DNA of 64,000 bases from Sphaeroforma arctica JP610 (Eukaryota): contig NW_014040531.1 of NCBI RefSeq assembly GCF_001186125.1, positions 36,289 through 100,288 of the forward strand, in the 5' to 3' direction. The translations under genes were made by a program, and so were the position numbers. This document shows positions 50,901 through 64,000 of the stretch, one piece after another; within the stretch, counting starts at the first letter, position 1, and each line of letters opens with the position of its first letter. A model generated the notes under the pieces. It was not told where the DNA came from and searched no databases. It saw nothing but the letters and a program-made list of their open reading frames with translations.

Positions 50901-53900
50901 CTTTTATGTACACGAGAGCTTTATATTGATACAAAGACAACTGGGTCTGACACGGACAAATGAAAATATTTAGACGATGTGACCCAATTCTGAAAGCAAC
51001 ACAGCAAATTCATCAAACAAAACTCGAAATTTTCGACTTCATTACCTTCAACACAATCTTCTTCATTTCCGGATCGGGCGATTGGAACTCCCGAATCAAT
51101 ACAATCATCACTTCTCGTGTGTAGTAGTTGGCGTGGTCCTCACTCATCAGCGGAATGATGTATCCGATAGCCTTCAAAAACGCAGCCAAACCTGTTGCAA
51201 ATTATAACATGACGCGATACAAAGAAGGTTACACAAGAGGATAAATGTTTAGCCCGATACGTTATTGTTTAGGGCAATACGTATCACAGCGACGAAAAAA
51301 CGGCTTGATAGGAGCATCACAGAATCAATCATAGGTTGAGGTATGAAATCAAATAGCATGGATGGTGTAGTGAACGCATTACGGTCATCAGCAAGAAGCC
51401 TACAAGCGCTCCATCGTCGACAACGGCAAGCGAACGGAAGTCCTGCAAATCGTCTCCGACCGCGCGTTCAGGACTCAGATTCTTTTGAAGCCTGAGCCCC
51501 ACGGATGAGAGTACATACTATTTCGGCCTATTTGCAGACCTTTCGATTTTGGATTATGCCCCATCGAGTGCAATGCTCTATGAGGACACAGACAACACTG
51601 CAGGGTCTTTTCGCCAACTACTTATTAACGAACACACACAGTATACTCTGATAGCTCCAAAGGGCCCAGGAAACTGATAAACTAGCACACGTACGAACCT
51701 TTTCCGTGATGTTGTCGGATACCCCTCCACAGTGGCAGCAGCACAGAATCAAACGATTCTATACCATATGGTGTTGCGGCCTCTGCCAGCGCCGCAAGGG
51801 CTAACGCACAGATGGTACGACACTGCAGAAGGAGAACAAAAGAATGCGCCAGAGTATCAGTATAAGCAAGCAGTGGACCCTAACTGTACTGAATGTCCAC
51901 AAAGTATAATCACACCGTTCTGTGGCGAGTTGGACGGTGATTCGAAACAGAACGAAAGCCTCTACTACATAAGCAAAGGTGCGAGCAGTATACACGTATA
52001 AGGGGTTGGTTGGATGAGGTCATATCGGTATGGTACGAGAATCTTAGAGATACGGGAACATGTAAAGCACAAGCAACAAATGATAAGCGTTTAGGCCACA
52101 CAAGGTAACTAATGGAACAAGTTTGAATATATACCACTCCCTGTACATCGATTGCAAGACACACTTTATCAGGCATACACGCACACAAGTAATATGATAC
52201 CACACACAAGTACGCCAATCCTCATAGAGGGTCTTCGACCGTAGAAGATTTACGCTCCATAGTAACCACCGTAGTACAGGTGACGGGGGTGAACGTACCT
52301 TCTGCTGCTCGTCTACTAGACCCATCTCTATAATCTCCACCAGACTCTTCAGATGAGGCAGCACCGCACAACCCATCAGGATGGCAATCTGCTGACAGAT
52401 CTTGATACCTGAGCACAGCAAAAACGAAGTTACTCAACGTACGGCTTGGAGTGCGCAAAAAATACACGAGTTGCGACAGCACTGCACAGCTTTAGGAAAG
52501 TGGCGAGCAGGGGCAGTGGTCTAATATTTCGATCCAATGCAATTGCAACAATGACGAATAAAGTCTATTGAATGCAATTGCAACAAAGACGAATAAAGTC
52601 TATTAAATGCAATTGCAACAAAGACGAATAAAGTCTATTAAATACAATTGCAACAAAGACGAATAAGGTCTATTGAATGCAATTGCAACAAAGACGAAAA
52701 AAGTCTATTGAATGCAATTGCAACAAAGACGAATAATGTCTATTGAATGCAACTGCAACAAAGACGAATAATGTCTATTAAAATGCAATTGCATCAAAGA
52801 CGAAAAAGGTCTATTGAATGCAATTGCAACAAAGACGAATAATGTCTATTGAATGCAACTGCAACAAAGACGAATAAAGTCTATTAAAATGCAATTGCAA
52901 CAAAGACGAATAAAGTCTATTAATGCAATTGCAACGAAGACGAATAATGTCTATTGAATGCAATTGCAACAAAGACGGATAAAGTCTATTGAATGCAATT
53001 GCAACAAAGACGAATAAAGTCTATTGACAACAGCACAGGCCACCTCAACGAGGGCTATTTCCCGAGTAGATCCTCCCAATCATTGCAACAAAATGACATA
53101 AACGTTTCACACTGCTACGGCTATCGAAACAACTGGCTGAGGACTGTCCGTTCTGTCGACCCCACCCTCAAACAGTTGTAGTCACACATTTACGGCTGAC
53201 AGGAGGTGTCTGCCGCCATCAACATATACACCCACACGCACCGCTACACACAATACATGCCAATGCCGCACAGATAAGCTGCAACACAACATACACGTAC
53301 AAACATTTACGTGCAACGCATTCTCATGCCACTTGGACGCGCCCACTTACCTGTGTGTCTCGCCTGCCAACTCTTCTTACTCTTGCACACCGCTTTGAGG
53401 AAAGGCAACAGTGTGGGGATGCCCAGTGCCGAGGCCACTACGGCAAAGGCTCGGGCCGTGGTGTTTCGCACGTATTCATCGGGATTATCAATATCTGACG
53501 AAACGTATTGGATTGTATAGAACCATTAGGGCCAAGCTTGCTCACATATGTTCATAATATTATGGATAGCTAGCAGAATGGGCAGCGCGACTTGTTACAG
53601 AAGGCACAAATATGTCCGGTGGTACTTCACACGTATCAATCAGTCTATGCAACTTGTGATTCAGGGCGCAGATCATGTCCGTAGCAACGCGCTGGAGAAT
53701 AGTAGAGACGAGTAGAAAGGAACGAATATGAAGCGGGAGGCACAGCACCGCACAGACATCATTTGCAAGTACTTTGAAGAATACAAAAAAATCTCATTCA
53801 TCGGTTATATATATATATATATACACGCACACACACGCATACACATATATATATCATACACACATAAATGCATACCTACATACATGCATGTACATATACA

Positions 53901-56900
53901 TATACAAATATATATATGCAAGTATATATTGTCCTAGACACGCTCAGCAGATATGCAAAACGAAAAGTACATCATCCACCACCAGTGTCGTATGGAGCAC
54001 ACATACCAGGGCGCATAGTGGAAATCATTGTGGCCAAACCCGCAGCTTTCGCCAAATTTGAGATAATCTCTCGACCCTCGACACGGGCGTAGTAGTCCTC
54101 ATCAATCAGCAGTGGTTCAATCACCACCAGAATCTGTTGATATGAGATAGGATGTGAGTGCATGGGTTGTGCACGGCAGAAAACAAACTGCGCTGCAAAG
54201 AGACTCGAGATATTGGAAAGATGCGCACATGGACCAGAGGCTGATCATGGCTCACCAAATTGCATCGCATATGGAACTGATGAACGCCAGCACAAAATCT
54301 GCAAGAGGGTCTGCACCATGTGCCATGCAAGAGATTGAATCCCCCACTAGCCATTCAAAACAGGCAATGACATCACAAAGTGTATCTCGCATGCGCTTAA
54401 CAGGGAGTATAATCAGATCATAGGTATGCCGCGCCGAGGGTCTAAGATTCTACACAATCTAACTACTGCACACACCTTATGTACATAGGGCCGCACGAGA
54501 TCGTCAAGCTTGTAAAGGATACGATCGATGACTTTGACCAGCAAATGTCGCTCTTGATCTTCCAAGGAAGGCGACATCAGCAACGGCAGAATCTGGAGGA
54601 GAGTCGAGGTTCAGTCGATGAATCAATTGTCAAAGAAATATATGACACCGAGTATTGATCTGACGAGGATGTATATATGTAAATTAAATCGATACCTATC
54701 CTTGTTGAGCTTATCGTTTATATTACTTCCCCTAACGTTCAAGTGCATCCGCAAGTAGTCTCATAGCACTTCGCGGAGCATTTCTCTTCGTATCAGCTAT
54801 AACCAGTCATCACTCACCGCACATCTAGATAACATACAAATACGAATCCATGCAGTATATATCTCACCCGCCAAAACGATTGGTATGCCTCATGAGCACG
54901 ACAACAGTCCATACCTGATTGAATAAGGGGCCCGCACCGAACTCGCGTGCTTTGTCGGTGATGTGTCGGAGTGCACTCTTGCGCATCGGGGGAGTGCCAT
55001 TCTTGATCTTCAGCAGAAGTTTCATGATACGACGTTCCTTTGCCTCGGTAGGCGACAGCTCTTCTCCGTCGACTTCGTTGAGAAGCTTTCCAAAATACTG
55101 AGTGATGGAAGTGATAAAAGTCAAAGATGTTAGGTCACGACAACTGAGTGATGGAAGTGATAACAGTCAAAGATGTTAGGTCACGACAACTGAGTGATGG
55201 AAGTGATAACAGTCAAAGATGTTAGGTCACGACTACTATACTCGGCGATATATAAGTTCACGCTTGTTACACAGCTCTGTCGGTATTCATTGCACTGGCT
55301 GGCACTCTGTTGCGCACCGATCACGAGGTAAGGGGAGGAGACTGCACAAACTTGAAGCGTAAAGTTCATACGAACAAAGATTACATTGGCGTTCGTGCCT
55401 GCGACTACACATACCTATGTAATGATACACATACGGCGGGTATATAAATTTGAAGGCTTATATGTACGAATGTTTATATACAAACACGGGAAAGTAAAGC
55501 CTCAGACACGTACGCCTTGATATCCATATACATCTACTGCTCGCAAAATCCATTACAACATACCTGTGTATCATCAGGCTTCAGCCCTGGCAAACTCTGG
55601 TCGGTGGGTTGGGCTTCCTCCAGTCCATAATCCTTTGCGGTCATGGCGGTGCCATCCTCAGCCATCATGAATCTGCGTGCACGGTGGGGTGTAAGAGTGA
55701 TCCATATCTTTAGTGCTCGACGTTGTAAGGAATTGTTGATTGTAATTGTAGTGGATATGGTTATATTGGAAGATAGATACGATTGGTACAGCGATATCGC
55801 GCTAAGATGCAAACACCAAAGAGCACCAATATATATATTCAAAATATATGTATCGGACATTCAGAATCCACCTCCTACGAACCATACACATTTAACGTCT
55901 CCACTCAAAACATCGGCACTAAAGACAAGCTTAGTCGCTTCAAGGAGTAGAGGTAAGGATAGGTAGATACCCCATACAAACCATACACATTTAACGTCGC
56001 CACTCAAAACATCGGCACTAAAGACAAGCTTAGCCGCTTCAAGGAGTAGAGGGAAGGATAGGTAGATACCCCATACAAACCATACACATTTAACGTCTCC
56101 ACTCAAAACATCGGCACTAAAGACAAGCTTAGCCGCTTCAAGGAGTAGAAGTAATGATAGGTAGACTACCCTTACAAACCATACACATTTAACGTCTCCA
56201 CTCAAAACATCGGCACTACAGATTAGCTTTTCAAGGAGTAGGGGTAGGGTTATAGCGTTCAACTTGCGCCCAGAGGTCAATAGCGGCATATATGTAGCGG
56301 GAGCTTTGAAATCAAGCCTTCAGCCGAATCAGTGTCACGAAACAGTCCATCCATGCAGATAATGTGGCACGAAAAGAGAAAAATGCATGATTGAAACCTA
56401 CAGGTATATTTTCTAGCTTCATACGAATTTGCCTTCCATATCTATAAAATTAACTCTCAGCCGGGAATACGGTATGGCCTCACGATTCACTCCCACAACA
56501 CAAATCAACGGCACCCGTAGATGTACAACTACACAGTCCACTCCATTGCATCGGTTGCTCTCATACCCGTTGTCGGCTCGAGGAGTGGGGGTGGCGGTAA
56601 TCTTGCGCCCTGGCGTCATCAGCGGTACATAGCCCGCTGGGGCATCCAGAATAACATAGCCTTCAGCCGGGAACATAGCGTCCAGGTCTTCGTCTGTGAG
56701 GGGTCGGTTGCGGTCATCCAGTTCTCTCTCCATACGGGCCTGGTATAACCGAGAGTGGTAGAAGAAGGTCCAGTGGTTAGCTATGGTATGATGCGTAGAG
56801 AGAGGAGTGTGTGCCGCGTCGTGGTGATTGATCAAATCCGGTTGTGCGTTACAGTCTATTGGAAAGTAACGCGTGATAGAGAGGCATGAGGTGTTGACAT

Positions 56901-59900
56901 GGTATGACCATGTGTGTGTTCCTCTGCTGTTGTTTTGAATATTGACAAGTGGTTTGTCATGTTTAATGACAGTAGTGTGTGCTGCCTCGTGATGTTAGAT
57001 CACTTTATGTGCGATAGAATCTAAGGTAAGGTACAATATGATAGTGCACCCGCAGGAGGTTGATCAGGTAACAGCGCGTGCGTATACCTCTACTGGTGCT
57101 ATTATCGGTAATGCTCGACAGAAAGTGCAATGCACACCTCTCTTCGCTCGATGCTAGGCACAAAGGCGATATTTATCCACCATAAGATGTAGAACACGAC
57201 GTGTGTGGTGAAGACTACCAGACTGATACCGCTAATATGCGATAAGGAGAAATTGATTGTGAGATATGGCTGGCATTGATAGAGCCTGCAAGGTGGTGCA
57301 CACCTACCACAAAACGTTCTCAGACGGCTTCATCAATGCATAACGAGTGTGGGATACAGCATCTTCTGTATGGCGACACGCCAGACAGTTAGTAATTCTA
57401 AAGAGCAGATGCAACAAACTTCATACAGGGGTACAGAAAAATTCTACAGTTGATTCATAAGAAACTCACTTAATTGTCCTCAGATATAATCTAAACCTCT
57501 TAAGCCCGCCTGCCAGACAGAATCTAAATACACAACATTGACAAGTTCAGCACCAAACAAAAATTATTAACCCATAAAAGAATATATACATACATACATA
57601 CCGATTTCTCCTGGTCAGGGGTCATGGGGATGATATTCATCGGTGTCTCCATGCCCAGCGCCATGTTACCTACAGGCGTGGCTCCCACAAAGGCCTGTCC
57701 TCCAACTGGAGTCTCCGCTCCGGCATGTAGACTGGGTGTCTTGTCCCATCGCGATCGCTTGCGCGAAGGTGTTTCAGCCACCTGCAGTATGCGTGCAAAC
57801 ATTTAGAATATACATGAGACATGCGTGCGAGCATTTAAAATATACACGAGACATGCGTGCGAGCATTTAGAATATACATGAGACATGCGTGCGAGCATTT
57901 ACAATATACATGAGACATGCGTGCGAGCATTTAGAATATACATGAGACATGAAACAATATCCGGTAGCAGGGCGGCATAGGTTGTTAACGGCAAGGTGCG
58001 TTCTGTTTTTGGACATGCGGCGATAATGTTCGATATGGAACACTATTTGTTCTGCCTCTGAAACAGGGACCCACCGTGCCCACTTTGCTCGGCTACATTG
58101 CCTAGCTCATCAGATTAAAGCAAAGAAAAATAAATAAAACTGCTCACACGGGTACCGTAATGCACGGGATATACAGTTTAATTTTCTATATACAGACGTA
58201 AAAACAACATAAATAAATAAATACATACATACAGACGAATGTACATAAATACACACACACACCCCACACACACATATATATAATATATATACATGTATAT
58301 ATTTGGATGAATATATGTATAGATATATAGATACAGATTTAGATATAAATTTATATATATATAAGTCCATGCAAGTCCACCTACCCCATCAGCTCGAGGC
58401 GTCTCGCCCCAGCCCGACGTTGCAGCACTGTCATGGGCGGGTGTTGCATCCCAGCGGTTGCGCTTTCTTGCCGGTGTTTCGCCTGGCCGAGGTGTGGCAG
58501 CCACACCAGAGGCCCCATTTGGTGTTGCATCCCAACGCGAGTCTGCTGTAGACCTTGGTGTTTCCTGCACACCCTCCCAGGCCTCTGGAGCTAATTAACG
58601 AACGGATCAAACGTTGGAGAAGGAGTTTGGTGAGAGATGCGTGAGAATCGATCTATTGCTTCTCACTGATATTGACATTGACATTGTGAAAGATTCGTAA
58701 ATATTCATAGTTCACATGAATGAAAAGATCGATGGAGAAAATGTATGTAACAAATTTCACTTAAAATCATTGTGTCGTTTTTGACCATCGACCCCACTCG
58801 GAAGATTTTGAATTTATCAACGCCCGAACGGTCACAAGCACATTGTATTATTGACATACCTTTCGTTTTGGGTGCTTGGTCGAAACGTGATCGCCTCTTG
58901 CGAGGCTCTCCTTCTGTGGCAGCTGCAGCAGGCTTCGACGGTGGCGGCGGCATAACACCTGCAACAACATAAGACCGTGATTAATGAGAGACCTTAAAAA
59001 TGACTTACAAATACCTAGCAGATTGCCGTACACTAGCACTGTGCGTCACCTGAAGCACCGAAAGACCTCGCGAAGATATAAAACAGCACACCTATATACT
59101 TGTAATTGCAAACCTATGTGCATGAATGGTCATTGTAGCAGCGTATCATGGACGCCAATATAAGAACCTATGGTAGACTGCCCCGCCAACGGATGAACCG
59201 AACTCCTGCATTGTAAATGCAAGGCTCAGCACTCGATTCATAGTGTAATGCCTACATCAGGTAAGATCTCTACAGTATACTTAAGTCACTGACACTACTA
59301 AGCCAACCAAACGACGAACCAGGACTATTCGAGGAGCTTAATGGGGTTGTGCGTGAGCCGACCGTAGCTAGTCTGGGCGAAGCAGACGATAAGCCTAAAG
59401 CAAGTCACGAATGCCAATGTAACGAGTACATAGCACGTGGTCTGCAACCGGATGCAGCATATTTCAAATATAATTAGCACACACAAGAAGGCAGGGATAT
59501 GTCATCAACGAGAACAAAAAGAAAATCCTTATGTACACGCTATGATGCTGTACAGCAAAAGCCGTAACACAAGCAGGTATACCATTTGCAGCCTGATCCT
59601 CTTTCTGTTTCTGAATCATCTTAAGCACCTCCCCATGTTCCTTCTCCAAGGCTTGTTCTTTAATAATATCCGCATACGAACGATTTTCGCTACCTGGAGT
59701 GATACAGAAATAGGGCGAGTATAAGACATAGTAGCGGACATGATAGTTTACCACTCCACACGGACAACCTTAGGAAGCGGCCTTCGGCTTGAATATACGT
59801 GAATGCAAATGCGAACAATAGCAAAGCCAGACATAAGAGGGCCACGAGAAACTCTTGCAATTTGTTTATACGAAGAAATGTTCTCGATTCCAGAACAAGG

Positions 59901-60823
59901 GTATCAGGTATCGTAACCGTACCACCATGCTCCATACCGCAATTCTAAGTAATTGTACACAAGTAAACAAGCAGGGTGACGTGACTGACTTTGTTACATA
60001 CTTGGGGCAGGCGTTGCGCCGCCGGCAAAGGGATCTGCACGCTCGGGAGATATGATGCGGTTACGCCGGCGCTGTTGGTATTCGTTCTCTCGCGCACTGA
60101 TGCGCTGATCTCTCTCTGCGAACACATCCTCATCGCCTTCGCCTTGAGGCTGTGACGAAGGACAGGATACGGGTAAGTGAATGCGGAAGTCGATGTGCAA
60201 CCCTCAGGCTATCACCTATGTGCTTGAACGTAACGGCCGATACATCACCCACCAACTCAACTTTAAATATTGCAGTGTATGTGGGTGTGAGTGTGATAGT
60301 GCATGTTATGTGCAAGTGCACTGGAACCAAAGAGTGTAAGCTAGACTCTCCAAATGATGGAATAAAATATCGCTGAGAAATGCATATAAATCCACACATG
60401 GACTTGTGTCTACGTTTCTTGTACAAAATCATGATCATATTAATATTACTCAAGCATGAACAACTAAGACCTAGCAGGCCGCTTTGGGATCACGGCTTGA
60501 AAGGCAGTAGTTCAACTATAGACTACAGCACCCGCCTCATCCTATACACTTCATGCGGTCCCCTACACAGGGCACCCATATCAGTAAAGATGAGTCTCAT
60601 ATCTCAGTACAGACGTAGATATACAAATATTTGAGCAACTGTGTTAGACATATACCATACCATGCACATACTCACCTTTAACAGAGCAGAGGGGGCGGTA
60701 AACTGACGTTTCTTGGTGGCGACGGCGGTGGGTCCCATGCGTGCACTGTGGGCCATAGCGTCGGCCTCAGTCTCGTCTTCATCCTCGTCATTGGCTGCGA
60801 TAGATGTCGAGAACCCTGCATAT
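44984..60823 (-). CDS. SF3B1: Splicing factor 3B subunit 1 (SAP155/Hsh155); 24 exons traced, start exon(s) not located
   Basis: Exons 60823-60676, 60149-60002, 59693-59583, 58958-58860, 58590-58385, 57781-57602, 56739-56567, 55672-55564, 55097-54915, then approximately 54592-54476, 54134-54007, 53494-53351, 52408-52299, 51800-51699, 51191-51046, 50634-50478, 49870-49697, 49547-49332, 48860-48666, 48169-47977, 47483-47243, 46707-46498, 46059-45991, 45075-44984 (TAA). Motifs [63 protein letters not shown]. Confidence 0.97.
52537..53027. repeat. About 35 bp minisatellite, about 14 copies, in an SF3B1 intron
   Basis: Unit aatgcaattgcaacaaagacgaataaagtctattg. Confidence 0.97.
55098..55235 (-). 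repeat. 46 bp x3 tandem repeat, each unit containing a branch point, pyrimidine tract and CAG acceptor
   Basis: Minus-strand unit ttgtcgtgaCCTAACatctttgactgttatcacttccatcactCAG; units begin at plus 55098, 55144 and 55190. Confidence 0.92.
55877..56250. repeat. About 99 bp minisatellite, about 3.7 copies, in an SF3B1 intron
   Basis: Unit accatacacatttaacgtctccactcaaaacatcggcactaaagacaagcttagccgcttcaaggagtaga... Confidence 0.95.
57790..57951. repeat. 32 bp minisatellite x5 abutting an SF3B1 3' splice site
   Basis: Unit gcgtgcgagcatttagaatatacatgagacat. Confidence 0.95.
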
Positions 60824-61289
60824 CTACAGAGGGTTATTCAGACACGAATATTCATTTGATTCAATTCAAGATAAACATGTGTATATACATGCTCATACAG
60901 TCAAGAAGTGACTTGCCTCACTTTCTTGATAGTAGAGCGTGGTGAGTCACATATATGCAAGCGCGATGTGAGTACGTGGAATGAGAAAGCTAAAAATCTG
61001 GAATATCTACGCTTCCCAGAGAGCGAGCACAAATGCACCATATCGCTTCCCACTTTCGGCTGAGAATGAGGGCAGTAATGCGTATATATACTGTAAACAT
61101 TTGGGAATGGAGTGTACAGCGTCATACAGATTTATAAGAGCGGATAAAAAAGATATAATCTGAATAATATTATGAAGAAACTTGCTCCCCTGAAAAAGTA
61201 CGTACACATACATATATGCAAACTGTACCATGTCAATATTTTCTTGTTGATGTTCATCCGTACACACATACATACAACAAAAGTATATA

Positions 61290-61800
61290 AATAATATAAT
61301 AATATGACTATATATATATATACGCACAAAAACAACACACACACACACGCACATATATATATATATATATATAATATACATATATTCCTCAAATTCATAT
61401 ACACACACACATGCACATATATAGATACATATATATACAATACATGCATATATTTAATAATATATACATATACACTATATATATATATATATATATACAT
61501 ACATACATACATACATATATATATATACATACATATATATATATATATATATTATATATATGTATATATTATAAATATATACACATGCATGGATGTGTGT
61601 AAATATACGTTAGCATCACACACACAGATATATATATATATAAGTATATTTATATTTATCTATATGGGTGTGTGTGTTTGTACGTACGTACGTACGTATG
61701 TATGCATTTATATTATATATATATATATATATATATTGTTTTATTCTTATTGTTATCATTGATTTATATTTATAAGTATATTTATATATTTTATACACAT
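61290..61800. repeat. Compound (TA)n/(CA)n/(TACA)n low-complexity tract between SF3B1 and THOC1
   Basis: Seen directly in the sequence. Confidence 0.9.
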
Positions 61801-62399
61801 TTAGTTATATTGAATGCAATATTTTCCGTGTGCGCTCTTGTGGCTGCTACCAAGTGTCTTACTTTCAAGTAATCATCGCGGCAGAATAATATACGTACAT
61901 GGATAAGCAGAAATGTTATGTGCATCAATTTATGTTTGCGTTCGTGTGTATACCATCTACATGCACAGATATTTATGTATATATCGTATTTTTCTGGCTC
62001 GTATTTTCGCTTTAGTTTTAGTCTCTTTTTTGTACAATGTATGTTGTCTCGTGTAATAAGAGCATGTTTCTGACTGTAGAACATGATGACTATTTCTTTG
62101 CCTTAAACGTTGAATCTTTTATCCTTCTATCAATTTTGTCATATTTACACTGATTTTTTTGGGCGGATTCGTGTCTGATTTAGTTCTAAAGTTTTTGCTC
62201 GGCACATGCAATTGTCACAGGTACTTTGGCATTACCACCTTTGATATAACAAAGTGATAAAGTACCGCATCTTCAGCATATCCCTCTTCCCACACTGCCT
62301 GTAGAAGTACGAAATGCTTTTCATTCTCGGACTGTCCAATACTTAATTAAGCTTTTCACTCTGTATTCGAAACTATTTTCTCTTCTAACACTTATACAG

Positions 62400-63523
62400 G
62401 TTACAATCAGCGGATGTCGAACGGAATATGTCCGATCGGGTGCTAACCAGTTTCTTCCGCGAAACGGTGCTCACCATGGCGGCCACTCGGTCAAGGGATG
62501 ATAAAAAACGATTCCTGGAATTATGCGCTATACTACTTGCCATGGACGTTTTACCCGCCAGCACGGTCATGTTCGTAGCTCAGGTGAGTGTGTGGGAGAT
62601 ACATATCAGTCAGACCATAATCGTTAACTTCAGCTGCTTGGCATGTTCTGGGGCTTGCAGTTCATGTGCAACGCTGGAATGTTGCGTTCCATTGTCGTTG
62701 CTTTGCTTTGTCCTCCAAGTGATACCTCAGTATATACATCCTAAAACACACACCACGAACCCGATCGGCAGTCGATCGGATGGTCAGGGATACAACGCAA
62801 TGGCGTACTTCTCATTGGTAACTCTATTCTGACTCTGTTTCTTCCTGTGGTGCTCAGGACTGCCTTGCCACCAGCACCATCTTTGAGTGCGAGCTTCTCT
62901 TCTCTTTCCTGGAGGACAACATGCGCTTCTTCGGCTCATGCAAGAACACACTCCTCATTGTGTGCACGGGTCTTATTGCACGCCTCTCCACTGTTTTAAA
63001 CGCTGGGTTCAGAGGCAGGATACTATTGTTTCTAGCCCGGTTCTATCCACTAACAGACAAGTCTGGGGCAAATGTCATTGGAGCGTTCAACACGGATCTG
63101 AACTTTGGTGATGTGGAAGCCGAGTTGGAGGGTATGTGAGGTTCGCAGCGTGATTGAATGAGGATCGTGTGGTGATTATGTACTGCCAAAGGTGCAGCTG
63201 TGTGTGTACAGCTGCCTATTGAACTAGTCAAAATTATCTGCGTGTTTTGTAGATGACTTGCTTAAAAGCAGGTATCGGGTACGTTCATCTGCTCTGAGAT
63301 CGCGCGAAAACATGTGGAGGAGCTGGGGATCACTGATGAAACAAAAGCTGATACCATTTAGTTTGATATATGTAGATTCTTACTCACACTTTATGTGCTA
63401 CGTTGTTCCTGTTCCCAAATGCGACAGAAGAGAAATCGCGCACCTCGACACCCCAGGTCCTTGGCACAGCCGATCCAATGGACACTGACGAGACTGTGGA
63501 GACCAGTACCAAATCTGTTCCTG
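62400..63523 (+). CDS. THOC1: THO complex subunit 1 (HPR1)-like, partial (start not located; presumably continues beyond the window)
   Basis: Exons 62400-62583, 62858-63131 and 63428-63523 with GT-AG and matching phases. DCL..STIFECELLFSFLE..KNTLL.VC..L..RLS..N..FRGRILLFLARFYPLTDKSGAN..G.FN resembles the THOC1 N-terminal signature. Confidence 0.8.
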
Positions 63524-64000
63524 GTGTGTATATATCATATGTTCGGTACGGGCATCGAGAGACACGTGTGCTGCAAACATTAGATATAAACACAAAGTGG
63601 CGAAGTAGCGAATATCCCGCCTTAGTTTTAGTACTCATCATAAGTCTGGCTGCGGATCTGACAATTGTATTCTGAGTACCGAGCGATTGTCGACATGATG
63701 CTGTTCGAACCAATATGGAGTTATCGAATACCCAAACGTCTACTGATTTTGGTTGGTGAATATATTTATATGCGGTCCGGGCACACTAACTGGCATGTGT
63801 GTCTATGGTAGCAGTCAGGACTATCGGACCTCGTCTCAGTCTAGCTGTTCGCGGCTGCTTTACAATTATACGCATCCAACGCATTCGCACTCAACACCAT
63901 ACCTCTGCGATGCTGAGCATGCATGCCGCTATAAGTCTGCACGAACATTCATAGCCATCCCATTCACCGCGATAGGTGCCAGCGAATACATGCCGATTGA

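Noticed and set aside
52537..53027. CRISPR-like 35 bp periodic array
   Set aside because: The units are directly adjacent with no unique spacers, there are no cas genes, and the array lies in a eukaryotic intron.
55861..56289. 142 aa repetitive ORF
   Set aside because: It is a read-through of the 99 bp intronic minisatellite and is not needed for SF3B1 continuity.
61007..61872. Several 60-150 aa Y/I/H-rich ORFs
   Set aside because: Microsatellite artefacts.

Overview
Intron-rich eukaryotic genomic DNA with GT-AG introns, (TA)n microsatellites and one N-gap. It is probably from a unicellular holozoan such as an ichthyosporean; this is inferred from gene style and content, not proven. Contents in order: (1) a 19-exon + strand gene (3239-11583) for a signal-peptide, single-pass membrane protein with an Agd3-type (CE18) polysaccharide deacetylase domain; (2) a - strand cluster (about 12.4-21.0 kb) of one long frameshifted pseudogene plus three relic paralog fragments of an uncharacterised protein with SH3-like repeats and an 'HPxQGxTQLFRR..NPRxHT' domain; (3) a complete 13-exon ABCE1/RLI1 gene (23966-31253); (4) a transposon nest (32-44 kb) with a Copia 3' remnant, a deleted Ty3/Gypsy relic and a near-complete decayed Ty1/Copia element, all inside a degenerate duplicated unit; (5) SF3B1 on the - strand (44984 to at least 60823, 24 exons traced); (6) part of a divergently transcribed THOC1/HPR1-like gene. 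The most striking observation is a Dam/DIRS-like N6-adenine DNA methyltransferase-like domain (W..IDLFA ... YANPIW ... LIP.RP..WW) inserted between the HH and CC halves of the Copia integrase zinc finger. That element's single LTR is also flanked by both a PPT and a PBS. In SF3B1, a branch point plus 3' splice site is triplicated inside an intron.
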